Translations under genes and position numbers: made by a program
The notes under the pieces: generated by a model
Database searches by the model: none
Told to the model about the DNA's origin: nothing
What the model saw: only the letters and a program-made list of their open reading frames with translations
Part shown: positions 53,201-64,000 of the stretch, piece by piece
Position numbering within the stretch: position 1 is the stretch's first letter
How the letters are laid out: every line of letters begins with the position of its first letter
DNA from: Eledone cirrhosa
Taxonomy: Eukaryota
Direction of reading: 5' to 3'
Assembly: GCA_964016885.1 (NCBI GenBank)
Contig: OZ024742.1
Span: 98,828,001-98,892,000, forward strand
Length of the DNA stretch: 64,000 nucleotides

Positions 53201-53890
53201 CCTAGCCCGTCAGCATTCATCTCCTCAGTGGCCGTATCTCTGTTCCAGGTATTATTTATCTCAGTATTCAGATCATTGTCTGCTTCGGGTGGTTCCTCCG
53301 CTCTCAGGACCTCCTCACCTTCATTTCCCGCCGGCTCGCTTGTCTGGCATACTACACCCGCCATCTCCAAGCCATTCTCTCTGCTCAGTTCCTCCAGTTC
53401 CAGCTCGCTTATCCACCCATTAGTTCTTATTACCCGAGCCTGCCCGGCCAATTTTTGTTCATCTAATTTATATAAACCAATCTCGTTCCAGATGTTATGC
53501 ATCCGTCTCCTGTAGCCCCTCTCCTTGGGGTTACTTTTCAGGTAGCATTGCATAACAGTTCTATTCAATTCTTTCGTCCAGTTGGTTCTGGCTCCTTTCC
53601 TTCTTCTTCTTCCTCCAACATCAGCAGTATTTCGTTGACAGTCAGGTTCCTGCTGCTGAGCCAGGGGGCACCTGTTGGGTGAGAGTCTGTCACATGACGT
53701 TCTAGTCTCCATTTCACCGTTATTCGAACTGTTTATGTTCGATATTTAAACACTCTTATCGAGGATTGGCGAATGTATGTTTACATAGCCATCTGTGGAT
53801 CCGCCATCCCACTTGGCCCTTGTGTGGCATTATCACCACGCTGTATACGGACACACATAAACAAACAAACACACGGGCAGAAAGGGCCCC
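50243..53890 (-). mobile_element. Full-length R4/Dong-like RLE non-LTR retrotransposon
   Basis: Single intact ORF, about 77-bp 3' UTR running into (TAA)n, and a structured 5' UTR; the 5' limit is approximate. Confidence 0.9.
50320..53712 (-). CDS. 1130-aa reverse transcriptase + CCHC zinc knuckle + restriction-like endonuclease (R2 superfamily, R4/Dong-like)
   Basis: WKSPGPDG, NYRPITC, WIDYRKAFDMVPH, GIFQGDSLSPLLF, LFMDDLK, YKYLG, GGRGL, CRICGEREETVAHIVSEC, RHD, RPDLVV..IVDVACP..EK..Y..L. No APE domain. Confidence 0.95.
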   Translation of the reverse strand: METRTSCDRLSPNRCPLAQQQEPDCQRNTADVGGRRRRKGARTNWTKELNRTVMQCYLKSNPKERGYRRRMHNIWNEIGLYKLDEQKLAGQARVIRTNGWISELELEELSRENGLEMAGVVCQTSEPAGNEGEEVLRAEEPPEADNDLNTEINNTWNRDTATEEMNADGLGQDSVDILNLVVDELNNDSGRPMNLRFVDRKKLKETTAKVNKVIPYLEARSLHQCNNILKATANTVRKLLGIKARGNNRQERAEPWWKKRLSGQIGEMRNDIGKLESLLNGTLKNIGTKNRLEIKYKTRSKKLNIIIEELKQRIVAKSAKIRRYENRVSQYKQNRMFDNNQKMLFGQLEGKERGTDLIPGAEQAKTFWRGIWEQDDRHNAQAGWIETVQREIGEQAQQQTDLSITVETLKGQAKKLTNWKSPGPDGVQGYWIKHLTSLHPKLTAMFNDCLVSGEVPEWLTKGTTVLIMKDRIKGNDVTNYRPITCMPVMWKLLTSIVSEEIYHHLHTNNLLPDEQKGCRKKSRGTKDQLLIDKMVMGNCRRRHTDLAMGWIDYRKAFDMVPHSWITKSLEIFRVADNIRQLLGRSMGSWETELTSTGVSLGSVKIKRGIFQGDSLSPLLFVLALMPLTIMLRKVRAGYKLGRGELTINHLLFMDDLKLFGKSEKELDVLVDTVRIFSSDICMQFGIGKCGVIVMRRGRLSRSNGIQIPTGEMIKEIDSEEGYKYLGVLEADGIKNKKMKELLRTEYIRRVRSELKSHLNSRNAISAVNSRAVSIIRYSAGILRWNVAEQKEMDRKTRKLLTIYNMFHKRSDVDRLYLRRSEGGRGLISIEDCVQMEKNNLYKYVTYSKEPMLRAVLKEGTVGQGIPKEEITSRRKSSLKGKSLHSTFFEKTEFRDPQTWNWLRRGDLKKATEGMLMAAQEQALKTKWLKHHIYKEEASPLCRICGEREETVAHIVSECKHLAQTHYKGWRHDVMGRVIHWHLCKVNNLPHSEKWYEHRPEAVMENSQVKVLWDFRIQTDKKLEHNRPDLVVVDKEKRSCLIVDVACPFDTRVQEKEREKINLYQDLKWEVKRIWNCHEVKVIPIVIGALGTISKGFQGWLKKIGPFTLFGTLQKACLLGTARTLRYVLNI

Positions 53891-54283
53891 AAAAATGAAT
53901 AAGCATAAGTTTCATTGTAATGTAGTGTTCGAATGTCTGACTTAGTTTTTGTTTTTTAAGTTTTACTTCCCCCCCCCCTCTTCTCTGTCCGTCCGCCTGC
54001 TTCTCTCTTCATTCTTATTTTCTTTACGTTTTTGGGGTTTCTTTTTTTGTTTTTGTTTTTCTCTGTTTTTCTCGTTTTTTACTGTTGTTGCTGTGCTGCT
54101 TTTGTTGTTTGTTTTTTCTTTTTTCTTTTGAGTCTATCTATATATGTTGATGCCTTCCTCTTTGTTAGTAGTAGGAATTCTATAATGTGGAAGTGGTAGC
54201 CAGCAGAGACTAGCGGCGTTGGCGATACTGACACAGTGGTGGCGGTGATGTCGATACCGAGGCAGTGGTGGCGGTGATGCGAC

Positions 54284-54353
<70 letters not shown>

Positions 54354-54374
54354 GTTGTTGTTGTTGTTATTATT

Positions 54375-56552
54375 ACTCTTTGAGTCTCAATCATTGATGT
54401 TAGTTAACTGGAAAGTTTGTTGAAATGAATATCAAGCCACTACCTGCAGCCTCAGATGTTCAGGACATATCGGAGGGTTCTTGCCGTTCCCAGCAAGTAT
54501 GCCTTTTGAAGCGTTCCAAAAAGCGTGAAGGGGCCAATTTTCTTCAACCATCCCTGGAAACTTTTGGAGATAGTCCCTAGTGCGCCTATGACAATCGGGA
54601 TCACTTTGGCTTCATGGCAGTTCCAAATCCTTTTTACCTCCCACTTTAAGTCCTGGTATCGGTTAATTTTCTCCCTCTCCTTCTCTTGCACTCTCGTGTC
54701 GAATGGGCAGGCCACATCCACAATCAGGCGTGATCTCTTTTCTTTGTCCAAAACCACCAGGTCAGGTCTATTGTGTTCCAGTTTCTTGTCCGTCTGTATC
54801 CTAAAACCCCACAGCACCTTCACCTGATCGTTTTCTATCACTGCCTCTGGCTTATGCTCATACCACTTCTCAGAAAGTGGTAAATTGTTTACTATGCATA
54901 AGTGCCAGTGGATCACCCTTCCCATCATGTCTCCAGCCCGTATAGTGAGTCTGGGCTAGGTGTTTACACTCGTATACAATGTGAGCCACAGTCTCCTCTC
55001 TCTCTCCACAAATCCTACACAGTGGGCTAGCCTCCTCCTTGTAAATGTGGTGTTTCAACCACTTCGTTTTGAAGGCCTGCTCCTGCGCAGCCATTAACAT
55101 TCCTTCTGTAGCCTTTTTAAGGTATCCTCTTTTCAACCAGTTCCATGTCTGTGGATCTCTAAATTCAGTTCTCTCAAAGAAGGTACTATGAAGGGATTTT
55201 TCCTGAAGGCTGCTCTTTCTCCTTGATGTTATTTCCTCCTTGGACATCCCCTGGCCTATTGTCCCCTCCTTCAGTACAGTTCTGAGCATTGGCTCCTTAC
55301 TATCAGTGACGTATTTGTGTAGGTTGTTTTTCTCCATCTGAACACAGTCCTCTATGCTGATAAGACCTCTTCCACCCTCAGATCTCCTTAAGTAGAGTCT
55401 ATCGACATCACTCCACTTGTGGAACATGTTGTAGATAGTCAATAGCTTCCTAGTCTTCCTATCCATTTCTTTATGTTCAGCAACATTCCATCTCAGAATT
55501 CCCGCACTGTACCTAATAATAGACACAGCTCGGGAATTTACTGCACTTATGGCATTCCTACTGTTCAGATGTGACTTTAATACACTCCTTACTCTCCGAA
55601 GGTATTCAGTTCTTATCAATTCCTTCATTTTTTTGTTCTTGATGTCATCAGCCTCCAGAACGCCCAAATACTTGTATCCTTCCTCAGAGTCAATTTCCTT
55701 TATCATCTCACCTGTTGGTTTCTGGATTCCGTTACTTCTGCTCAACTTACCCCTCCTCATCACAATGACTCCACACTTACTAATACCAAATTGTATACAT
55801 ATATCATTGCTGAAAATACGGACAGTGTCAACAAGCACATCCAACTCCTTCTCACTCTTCCCGAAGAGCTTAAGATCGTCCACGAAGAGGAGGTGATTGA
55901 TGGTAGGCCCTCCCTTTCCCAACCTGTATCCTGCTCTCACTTTTCGCAGTACACTGGTCAGGAGCATCAGGGCAAGGAGAAACAACAGAGGGGACAGACT
56001 ATCTCCCTGGAAGATACCTCTCTTGATCTTCACGCTTCCCAAGGATAATCCAGTTGATGTTAACTCTGTTTCCCAGGACTTCATACTTTTGCCCAACAAC
56101 TGTCTGATGTTATCTGCCACCTTGAAGATCTCCAGGCTTTTGGTGATCCAAGAATGAGGCACCATGTCAAATGCCTTTTTGTAGTCTATCCATCCCATGG
56201 CAAGACCAGTGTGCCTCCTCTTGCAATTTCTCATTACCATCTTATCAATAAGTAACTGGTCCTTTGTACCACGTGACTTCTTTCGGCATCCTTTCTGTTC
56301 GTCCGGTAACAAGTTGTTTGTGTGGAGGTGATGGTAGATTTCCTCAGACATAATGCCTGTCAACAGTTTCCCCATTACGGACAGACATGTGATTGGTCTA
56401 TAGTTGGTAATATCATTACCCTTGATTCCGTCTTTCATTATCAGAACTGTGGTACATTTTGTCAACCACCCTGGTACCTCACCTGACATCAAGCAGTCAT
56501 TGAACATGGTTGTCAGTTTCGGGTGGAGGGATGTTATATTTTTAATCCAATA
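54375..56552 (-). mobile_element. R4/Dong-like element, 5'-truncated, frameshifted sister subfamily
   Basis: ORFs 54870-56507 and 54452-54928 are split by a small deletion near 54925; (ATT)n tail at 54284-54374. Confidence 0.95.
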
Positions 56553-57059
56553 GGAGAAATTATCGTTAGTCGCGTATATGTGTTGACATATTTTTTCTTA
56601 ATATTGAATTTTAACATTTTGTTAAAACTAAAACTTGAGGCAATAATAATAGTAATTATTATTATTATGCTGAGATTGGTGGTGGTGGTGGTGAAATTGC
56701 CGTTATCTGGCTGTTGTGTTTAGTGTCCACAGAGGGGTGATGGGGTAGGTGGTGTATCTAGTTTCTGATGTTGGTGAAATTGCTGTTATTTGGCTGTTAT
56801 ATATAGTGTAGACAGAGGGGGTTTTCTTCCATTTATAACCATTTTCTTTTTTTGAATATAAAATGTATAATACAAAATTGAATATTTGAGCGATATAACA
56901 ATATATTATGGATCCGAAATTTTTTGGGACTCAAGCCGGATGTTTTATGTATCATTTGTACTGAGAATTGTTATTTCACAATTGATTTAAATATGTAAAA
57001 AAATCAAAACTTACGGGAGCGATTTCACGACCTTCTATCCACCATGACAGAAACACATA

Positions 57060-57099
<40 letters not shown>

Positions 57100-58900
57100 T
57101 GCATTTATCTAGATTTATGTTCATACGAGTTATCACCAAGTCACAACCAGTGACCTCAAGAGACAACAAGGTCCGCTATGTTCAAGAAAGAACATACATA
57201 TTCACACATGCATCCTTAGTGTTTAGACTTGTGATGTACTTATATTGACAGGATCTTCCTTAGTATATGGGCAATTCCCATTAGTACTATCTTTTGTATT
57301 TCTCCTATACGCGGGTTTCCTGGGATTTGCGATAAGTAGTCGTTAGACCCCTTAGGTATCATTCCCAGAGCGCCTACAACCACTGGTATTGTTTTAGTTC
57401 TCAATTTCCACATTTTTCCAATTTCTATCTCCAGGTCCTTATACTTGCTCAATTTTTCAAATGTTTTTATAGATACATTCTTGTCTATTGGAACAGACAT
57501 ATCAATTAGCAGGCATACCCTACTTTGAAAGTCCTTCAATATTATATCAGGTTATTTGCATCTATTTTTCGGTCTGTTTGGATGCTAAAGTTCCACAAGA
57601 TTGAGATGTGATCTTTTTCAAGTATGGGAGGTGGTTGATGCTCCCACCAATTCTTTTGATGGGGCAGGTCAAAATGCTTACACATTATCCAATATATGTA
57701 TTGTGCAGCTCTGTCATGCCTGTTTAGGTATTCGGTTGGAGCTATAAGACTGCACATTGAAATTATATGGTCAATGGTCTCTGGTTGTTTTTTGCATACA
57801 CGGCATAATGGCCTGCACCCATTTTTTATTATGTTGGCTTGGTAATTTTTTGTTGGCAGACACTGATCTTGTGCCGATATAATCAGTCCTTCAGTCTCCG
57901 ATTTCAGTCCAGAAGATGCCAACCACTGATAGGTTAAAGTTTTGTCAACATCAGGATTGTTAGCTCGCTCTGGGTATTTTCCATACAGAGGCTTTTCTTG
58001 CCATTTCTTAGCCAGTTTCTGTAGCAGTTCTTTCTTTGCAGTTACTTTTACCTGCTTTGCTTTTTCTGTGTTTTCCATTTCAGCAGTAAATGGGACTTCT
58101 GAAATTTGTAGTCCATTACTGTATCTTTGTGCATCTTTTGTAATGGAATATGATCTTTTGGTGCTTTCGTGTTTCAAAACGAGTTTGATCATCCAATCAT
58201 GTGATTCCCTTAGATATGTGGATAATCCAATTGTTGCAGTTTTCAACGCAATGTCTAACTGGACTAACCCACGTCCTCCTTCTTTCCTAGGGAGATATAT
58301 TCTATCTATGTCTGCCTTAGGGTGATGCATTCTGTGCACGGTTAAGAATTTTCGGATTTTTGTATCGAGCCTACGGATCTCTGTGCTTGACCAGTTGATG
58401 ACATTGTAACTGTAGGTTACTACTGGTATGGCAAGCGTGTTTATGGCATCGATCCTATTCCTTGCATTCAATTCCGTTCTTAAGATTGCTCTGACTCTGC
58501 GGTAACATTCCTTCCTTATCCTTTCCCTCATTGTCGAGTGCTTGATTCCGTCTCCTTCACAAACACCTAGATATTTGTAAGTTTTTTCTTGATCAAGCTC
58601 TCTTATCACGTTCCCCCGATCAAGATTAATGTCTGAACTCTTCAGCAGCTTTCCTCTGGTGAACGTTGCTTTGGCGCATTTATCCAGTCCAAACTCCATT
58701 TTAATGTCATCACTGAACTGCTTCACAGTGGATAATAGCCCTTGCAATTGTTCATCATTTTTTGCAAATAGTTTCAGGTCATCCATGTAGAACAGGTGAT
58801 TAATAGTTTTGTCATAGACTCTATATCCATGTTTTCTTTCATTGAGCATTTTACTTAATGGTATAAGTGCGATGCAGAATAAAAGCGGTGATAAAGAGTC

Positions 58901-58901
<1 letters not shown>
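57100..58901 (-). mobile_element. Second R4/Dong-like family, 5'-truncated, embedded in (ATT)n
   Basis: DSLSPLLF, FYMDDLK, GGRGL, CRVC..ETIDHIISMC, RHD, LIDMSVP..EKLSKYKDL and IPVVVGALG, with a frameshift near 57545. Pure (ATT)n at 57061-57099 and 58902-58961. Confidence 0.95.
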
Positions 58902-58962
<61 letters not shown>

Positions 58963-59454
58963 GCATTAGTACTATACATTGTATCTATATTAGTAGTATT
59001 AGTAGTAGTAGTCGTAGCTTTTGGGGGAGAGCAGTAGACCATAGCTTGTTTCATTAAATATGTTAAGAGTTTAATTTAAATTGCTTTATCTCTTATATGT
59101 TGGTGTTGCAGTTGTTGCTTATGTTGTTGTTGTTGTTGTTGTTCTTTTCACCAATTTTTTGCCGTTTATTTTACATTTCCTTTAGGATTTTGATAATATA
59201 TTTCTTGAAAAATAAAATAAAATGAATGACAACCAAATATATATAAATGTACAAAAAATAATTATATATATATGAAGAAAGCAATTAACTTATTCCTAGA
59301 CATTATTTATAATATATTTGTTTGTTTGCTTGTTTGATTTTCTTGTTGTGGCAACTTTTGTTTGTTTATTGATACTAATATTGTTGTAGTTCTTCTGTCG
59401 TGCAATTTTCAAAATATTCATGCTGCCTATTTCTTTACAGCGACGCTTAATCTT

Positions 59455-60040
59455 TTCACCATCTTCCTCCCCCTCCTCCTCATCCTCCTCCTCCTCATCA
59501 TCATCATCACACCAACATCATCATCATCGTCCTCATAATCATCATGATCCTCATCATGTTTCATCAACATCATCATCATCATCATCGTCATCATCATCAC
59601 CATCATCATCATTATCATCACACCTTCATCATCATCATCATCGTCATCATAATCATGATGATGATCATCATCATCCTCAACATCCTCAACATCATCATCA
59701 CCATCGTCGTCGTCATCATCATCATCATCATCATCACCATCATCGACACCATTATCATCATCATCGTCATCTTCATCGTCATCGCCATCACTATCATCAT
59801 CATCATCATCATCATCTTCAACATCATTATCCTCGTCTTCATACGTATATCATAACCGACCATCGCCATCGTCTTGGTCATCATCAGCACATGATCGCTA
59901 TCATGGTGATGATGATCATGATCCTCCACCGCCTTCTTTTCCTCATATTTCTCCTTCTGTTCATTATCATCATCAAAACCCACTATCATTAGCAACAACA
60001 TATTCATCATCTCTATCGTAATCATCATCATCATCAGTGC
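59455..60040. repeat. Degenerate (CAT)n microsatellite
   Basis: Direct reading; source of the His/Ser/Ile/Met-rich ORFs. Confidence 0.9.
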
Positions 60041-60377
60041 CCTCAATCATCATGAGTGTCCTTACCCTTAATAGTGTCATTGTAAATATTCATTCTTTAA
60101 TAATACTTAATATTTTCCCCAAGCCAAGAAAGAATCGCCATCTTATTTGTGTTGTTTCAAGTAAATATTCACGTTGCTATGTTGTTGTTTTTTTATTTTT
60201 CAATTATAATCATTCGACACGAAATCTTGCTATTCACACACACAAATGCATTTACACATAAACAAACACATACACACATAATACACATACACAACTACGA
60301 ATACAGATAGACACACATACGCATGTAAGTATCTCTCTCTCTATATATATATATATTTGTGTGTGTATATATATATA

Positions 60378-60408
<31 letters not shown>

Positions 60409-61093
60409 GTGTGTGTATATATATATATATATGTGTGTATATATATATATATGTGTGTGTGTGTATAATATATATATATATATATATATACATATATATG
60501 TATATGTGTCTATATATATATATATATATATAAAGGTAGAGAGAGAGAAGGGGTGAGATGATGAGGGAGATAGAATAGGCTTCAGAGGGAGAAACATGAA
60601 ATACATAAATAAATACATATTCGTAAAATTACATACACACATATAAAGTTATATACATTCATACATTCACATATACAGAACGGCATACATATATGAACCG
60701 ATAGAATGATAGATTCAATTACACAATATGCACACATACAGAAACTGTTGGAGACATGCAGCAGACACTGGATTTTTTGTTGCTATTTTTTCAACGAACA
60801 TATTTTATCTCATTAAGGAAGTTTTAAAATAGAGTTATGTTTAGAACTAAAATGACATCAATAACATACACACATACATACATACATACATACATACATA
60901 CATACATACATACATACAAACTTGATTGCTAGTCCCTGGTTTTCGAGTATGGCCATTCCACATTAACATTATTAATATTTATTTATACATACATACATAC
61001 ATACATACATACATACATACATACATACATACATACATACATACATACATACATACATACATACATACATACATACATACATACATACATACA

Positions 61094-63935
61094 TAAAAAT
61101 AAAATTGAGACGATGTTTGGTAACAGTAGAACCAGAACTCTCCAATATAAAGTGATCACCCTCAAACAAGAATTGAGAGCTGTTAGCGAAAAACGCCGAT
61201 ACCTGAAGAAGGTAGATGAGAGAAAAGTGCTTAATAAAAGTTTCTGACGAAACCAAACGTCAGGCTATAGAGATATGAAGGGCAAAATAATAAGTGTCAC
61301 TGATTCCTTTTGGAGCAAAATATGGGGTGAAAAGGAGAATTTCAACTAAGATGCAGTGTGGCTAAGAGGAATCCGAAAGAACTATTAATCCTACACTACA
61401 ACAGAAACATACGAAATAAGTGACGGTCGCCTTGAGACTGTGATAGGAAAACACCAGGAAGAGACATGATTGTCGGCTACTGGTACAAAAAACTGATATT
61501 CTATCGGAGGTATCTTACTGACGTCTACCAACATGTTCTTAAGGGAGATACACTTATACCAGAATGGTTGACATTAGCACAAACATTACTGGTCCCCAAG
61601 AACAAAGACAGCCACTTGGCAAAAAACTACCGACCCATTGCATGCCAGAACCTGATGTATAAGATGTATACAGCCTGCCTGAACATATTCCTCCAAGATC
61701 ACTGTGAAAATAATAACATCATCACTGATGAACAAACAGCTGAAAGGAAAGGGGTTTGGGGATGTGCTGAACAACTCCTAATCAACAAAACTGCGATGTC
61801 GGAGGTGCGACGACGTAGGAAGAATATGGCTACAGTCTGGCTGGACTACATGAAAGCTTTCGATTCTGTTATCCACTCTTGGACTTGCTAAAGTCCCAGA
61901 TATTAATACCAGAGCCATAGAGAAGCTGTCTTCTTCTTGGGCTACTATCCTAAGGTTAAATACAGAGAGGGAGGACTTTATTCTCACTGCTAAAATAAAA
62001 TATTGCAGGGGTATATTTCAGGGGGACACTCTCTCTGTGATATTATTCATCTTGTCATTAAACCCCTTGTCCTTTCTGCTCAAGAAATGTGAGGGATACA
62101 TCATTGGCTCACAGGAGAACAGAAATACGAACCTAGCCCATAATTTCTTTGTGGACGATCTGAAACTCTATGCCAAGAACATGAATGGGATGAGGAAAAA
62201 TCTTGACCTGGTTACAACGTTCTCAAAGGATATAGGAATGCAGTTTGGCCAAGATAAATGCTCATACATGACTGTAAAGCGGGGAAAACAACAACCCAAT
62301 CTAGGAACATTGTCATCAATGGCCTAACTGTTTCACCGACATCTGAGGACTGCTACAGATACCTGGGGATAGATGAGAACATATCCTATAATGGTATCTG
62401 TAATAAAGAACGCGTAACCAGGGAATTCTACAGCCGAATAAGAAAGATCTGGTCATCGGAACTCTCTGCGCAAAACAAAACAATGGCTCACAATGTGTTT
62501 GCTGTGCCTGTCCTACCACCAACGTTTGGAATACTCAATTAGACGATAGACGAAATCCGAGCAGTTGATGTTGGAACTCGAAAAATACTGAACAACACCG
62601 GAAACTTCCACATCAACAGTGATATAGACCGCCTTTACTTGAAACGTAAGCAGGGAGGCAGAGGCCTAACATTAGTCTAGACAACATTTGAATGTCGCAT
62701 CATATCTCTCCGACAACATCTACGAACCTCGAAGCGTAGGAGCCCGATTCTCGAGCAAATCTATCTGCATGAAACAGATAAGATCCTGAGAGTTGGGAAG
62801 GAACTCCTCGAGAGATATTCCCTGTGTGATAATCAAAATCCTACACCCAGGGATGTCGCTCAGCAGTATCGCAGTGACTCCATGGATAAAAAACTGCATG
62901 TCTATCAGCAAAAAATCATGCATTGATATGTTGCCAGGAAGCTCCAGAGTGAGAGTAATATAGATAAGGAAAGTAGGCTATCTTGGACCAACAACCGCTA
63001 TATTGGCTCCACTTTGAAGGATAAGCTTTTGCAATCCAGGAATAGGAGATTAGCACGAAATACCTGATTCACAAAAGAGATAGGGATGCAGGCAAAACAC
63101 CTTGATGTGATACCAAGTGCAGACTCTGCAGAACAAACATCGATGTCATCAGCAGCTGTCCAAAATGTCATCGCGGTACTATCTACCTATGAGGCATGAT
63201 GTTGTGGCCAAAACTCTGTACAATGCTGTTCGTAAAAAAGATAGCCCCAATAATAAACACATTAAAAGCTACAGCAATGTGGAACACATCCATGTACATA
63301 ATATGAAAGAGTACTGTTGGAATGTTCCAGTAAAAACCCCAATAAAATGAAAGCATAACAGACCAGACATTATGATATGGGACAGGGAGAAGAAAGCATG
63401 CACAGTAGTGGGAATTAGCTGCCCAGCAGATGCCAATATAATATCAAGGATTAGTGAAAAGGAGATTATTTATGCAGAACTGATGAGAAATCTGCAGATA
63501 CTCCAACCTGATTACACCTTCAGATTTATGCCTGTGATTATTGGGGCACTGGGATATGTTAGTAACTGCCTCAATACAAATCTTGAGAAGCTAGGCTTCA
63601 CAGGAACAGAAAGAACACAACTAGTTAGGAAATTACAAGTACAATCCATTAATGGAACAGTAAAAATATGTAAAACATTCCAAAAATGTTGCATCTAATA
63701 ACTGCATATACACATGTACAGATGCAAAGCATATACACATGTACACATACAACTCAAAACATCCACATCCACACATACAATAACATCATATCTACACATG
63801 CATGCATACATACATATCTACCTAGTTGATGTTGTGTAAATTCCAATGAGAGAGTCTTGTGTCTATGTTAGAAACCGACTCTCTCGCTATTTGTAAAACT
63901 TTGTGAAATTATAAAACCAGAAGAACATACATACA
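61094..63935 (+). mobile_element. Third RLE (R4-like) family, decayed, flanked by (CATA)n
   Basis: KNYRPIAC, WLDYMKAFDSV, GIFQGDTLS, FVDDLKLY, YRYLG, GGRGL, CRLC, RHDVV, RPDIMIWD and PVIIGALG, with many stops. (CATA)n at 60985-61093 and catacatacat at about 63926. Confidence 0.9.
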
Positions 63936-64000
63936 TGCTTGTATATATACATATGTGGTTTAGAATTTCCCTTCAGAATCTGGTAGATTCGGAGTCACTT

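Noticed and set aside
50393-53682. Many plus-strand ORFs opposite the RLE ORF
   Set aside because: Antisense shadows of the coding strand, repeated in each copy, with no recognisable domains.
58902-58966. Poly-Ile N-terminus (apparent signal or transmembrane segment) on the 474-aa ORF
   Set aside because: Read-through of the flanking (ATT)n tract into a 5'-truncated RT.
59420-60046. His-rich 190-aa ORF and overlapping Met/Ile-rich ORFs
   Set aside because: Degenerate (CAT)n repeat that is open in several frames; no domain or splice evidence.

Overview
AT-rich eukaryotic (animal) DNA dense in microsatellites: (TA)n, (TG)n, (GA)n, (ATT)n, (CATA)n and (CAT)n. The repeat content resembles a cephalopod/octopus-type genome (inference). 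I found no host-gene exon, and most ORFs in the track are microsatellite artefacts. The window consists mostly of transposons. (1) A cluster at 46-64 kb of microsatellite-associated non-LTR retrotransposons: one intact 1130-aa R4/Dong-like RT+RLE ORF (50320-53712), three truncated relatives, a second (TAA)n-flanked RLE family, a decayed (CATA)n-flanked RLE family, and Tx1-like elements in the same (ATT)n tracts in the opposite orientation. (2) A decayed near-full-length CR1-group LINE with a CCCH-zinc-finger ORF1. (3) Penelope-like remnants and about a dozen type-I hammerhead ribozyme motifs in (TA)n-flanked, often fold-back islands. (4) Many copies of a tRNA-headed SINE whose 3' tail resembles the Tx1 3' end. 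(5) RTE, Tc1/mariner, Helitron and piggyBac-MITE relics, and a repeated unit with two convergent tRNA-like sequences. All calls were made by eye, without database searches or folding software.
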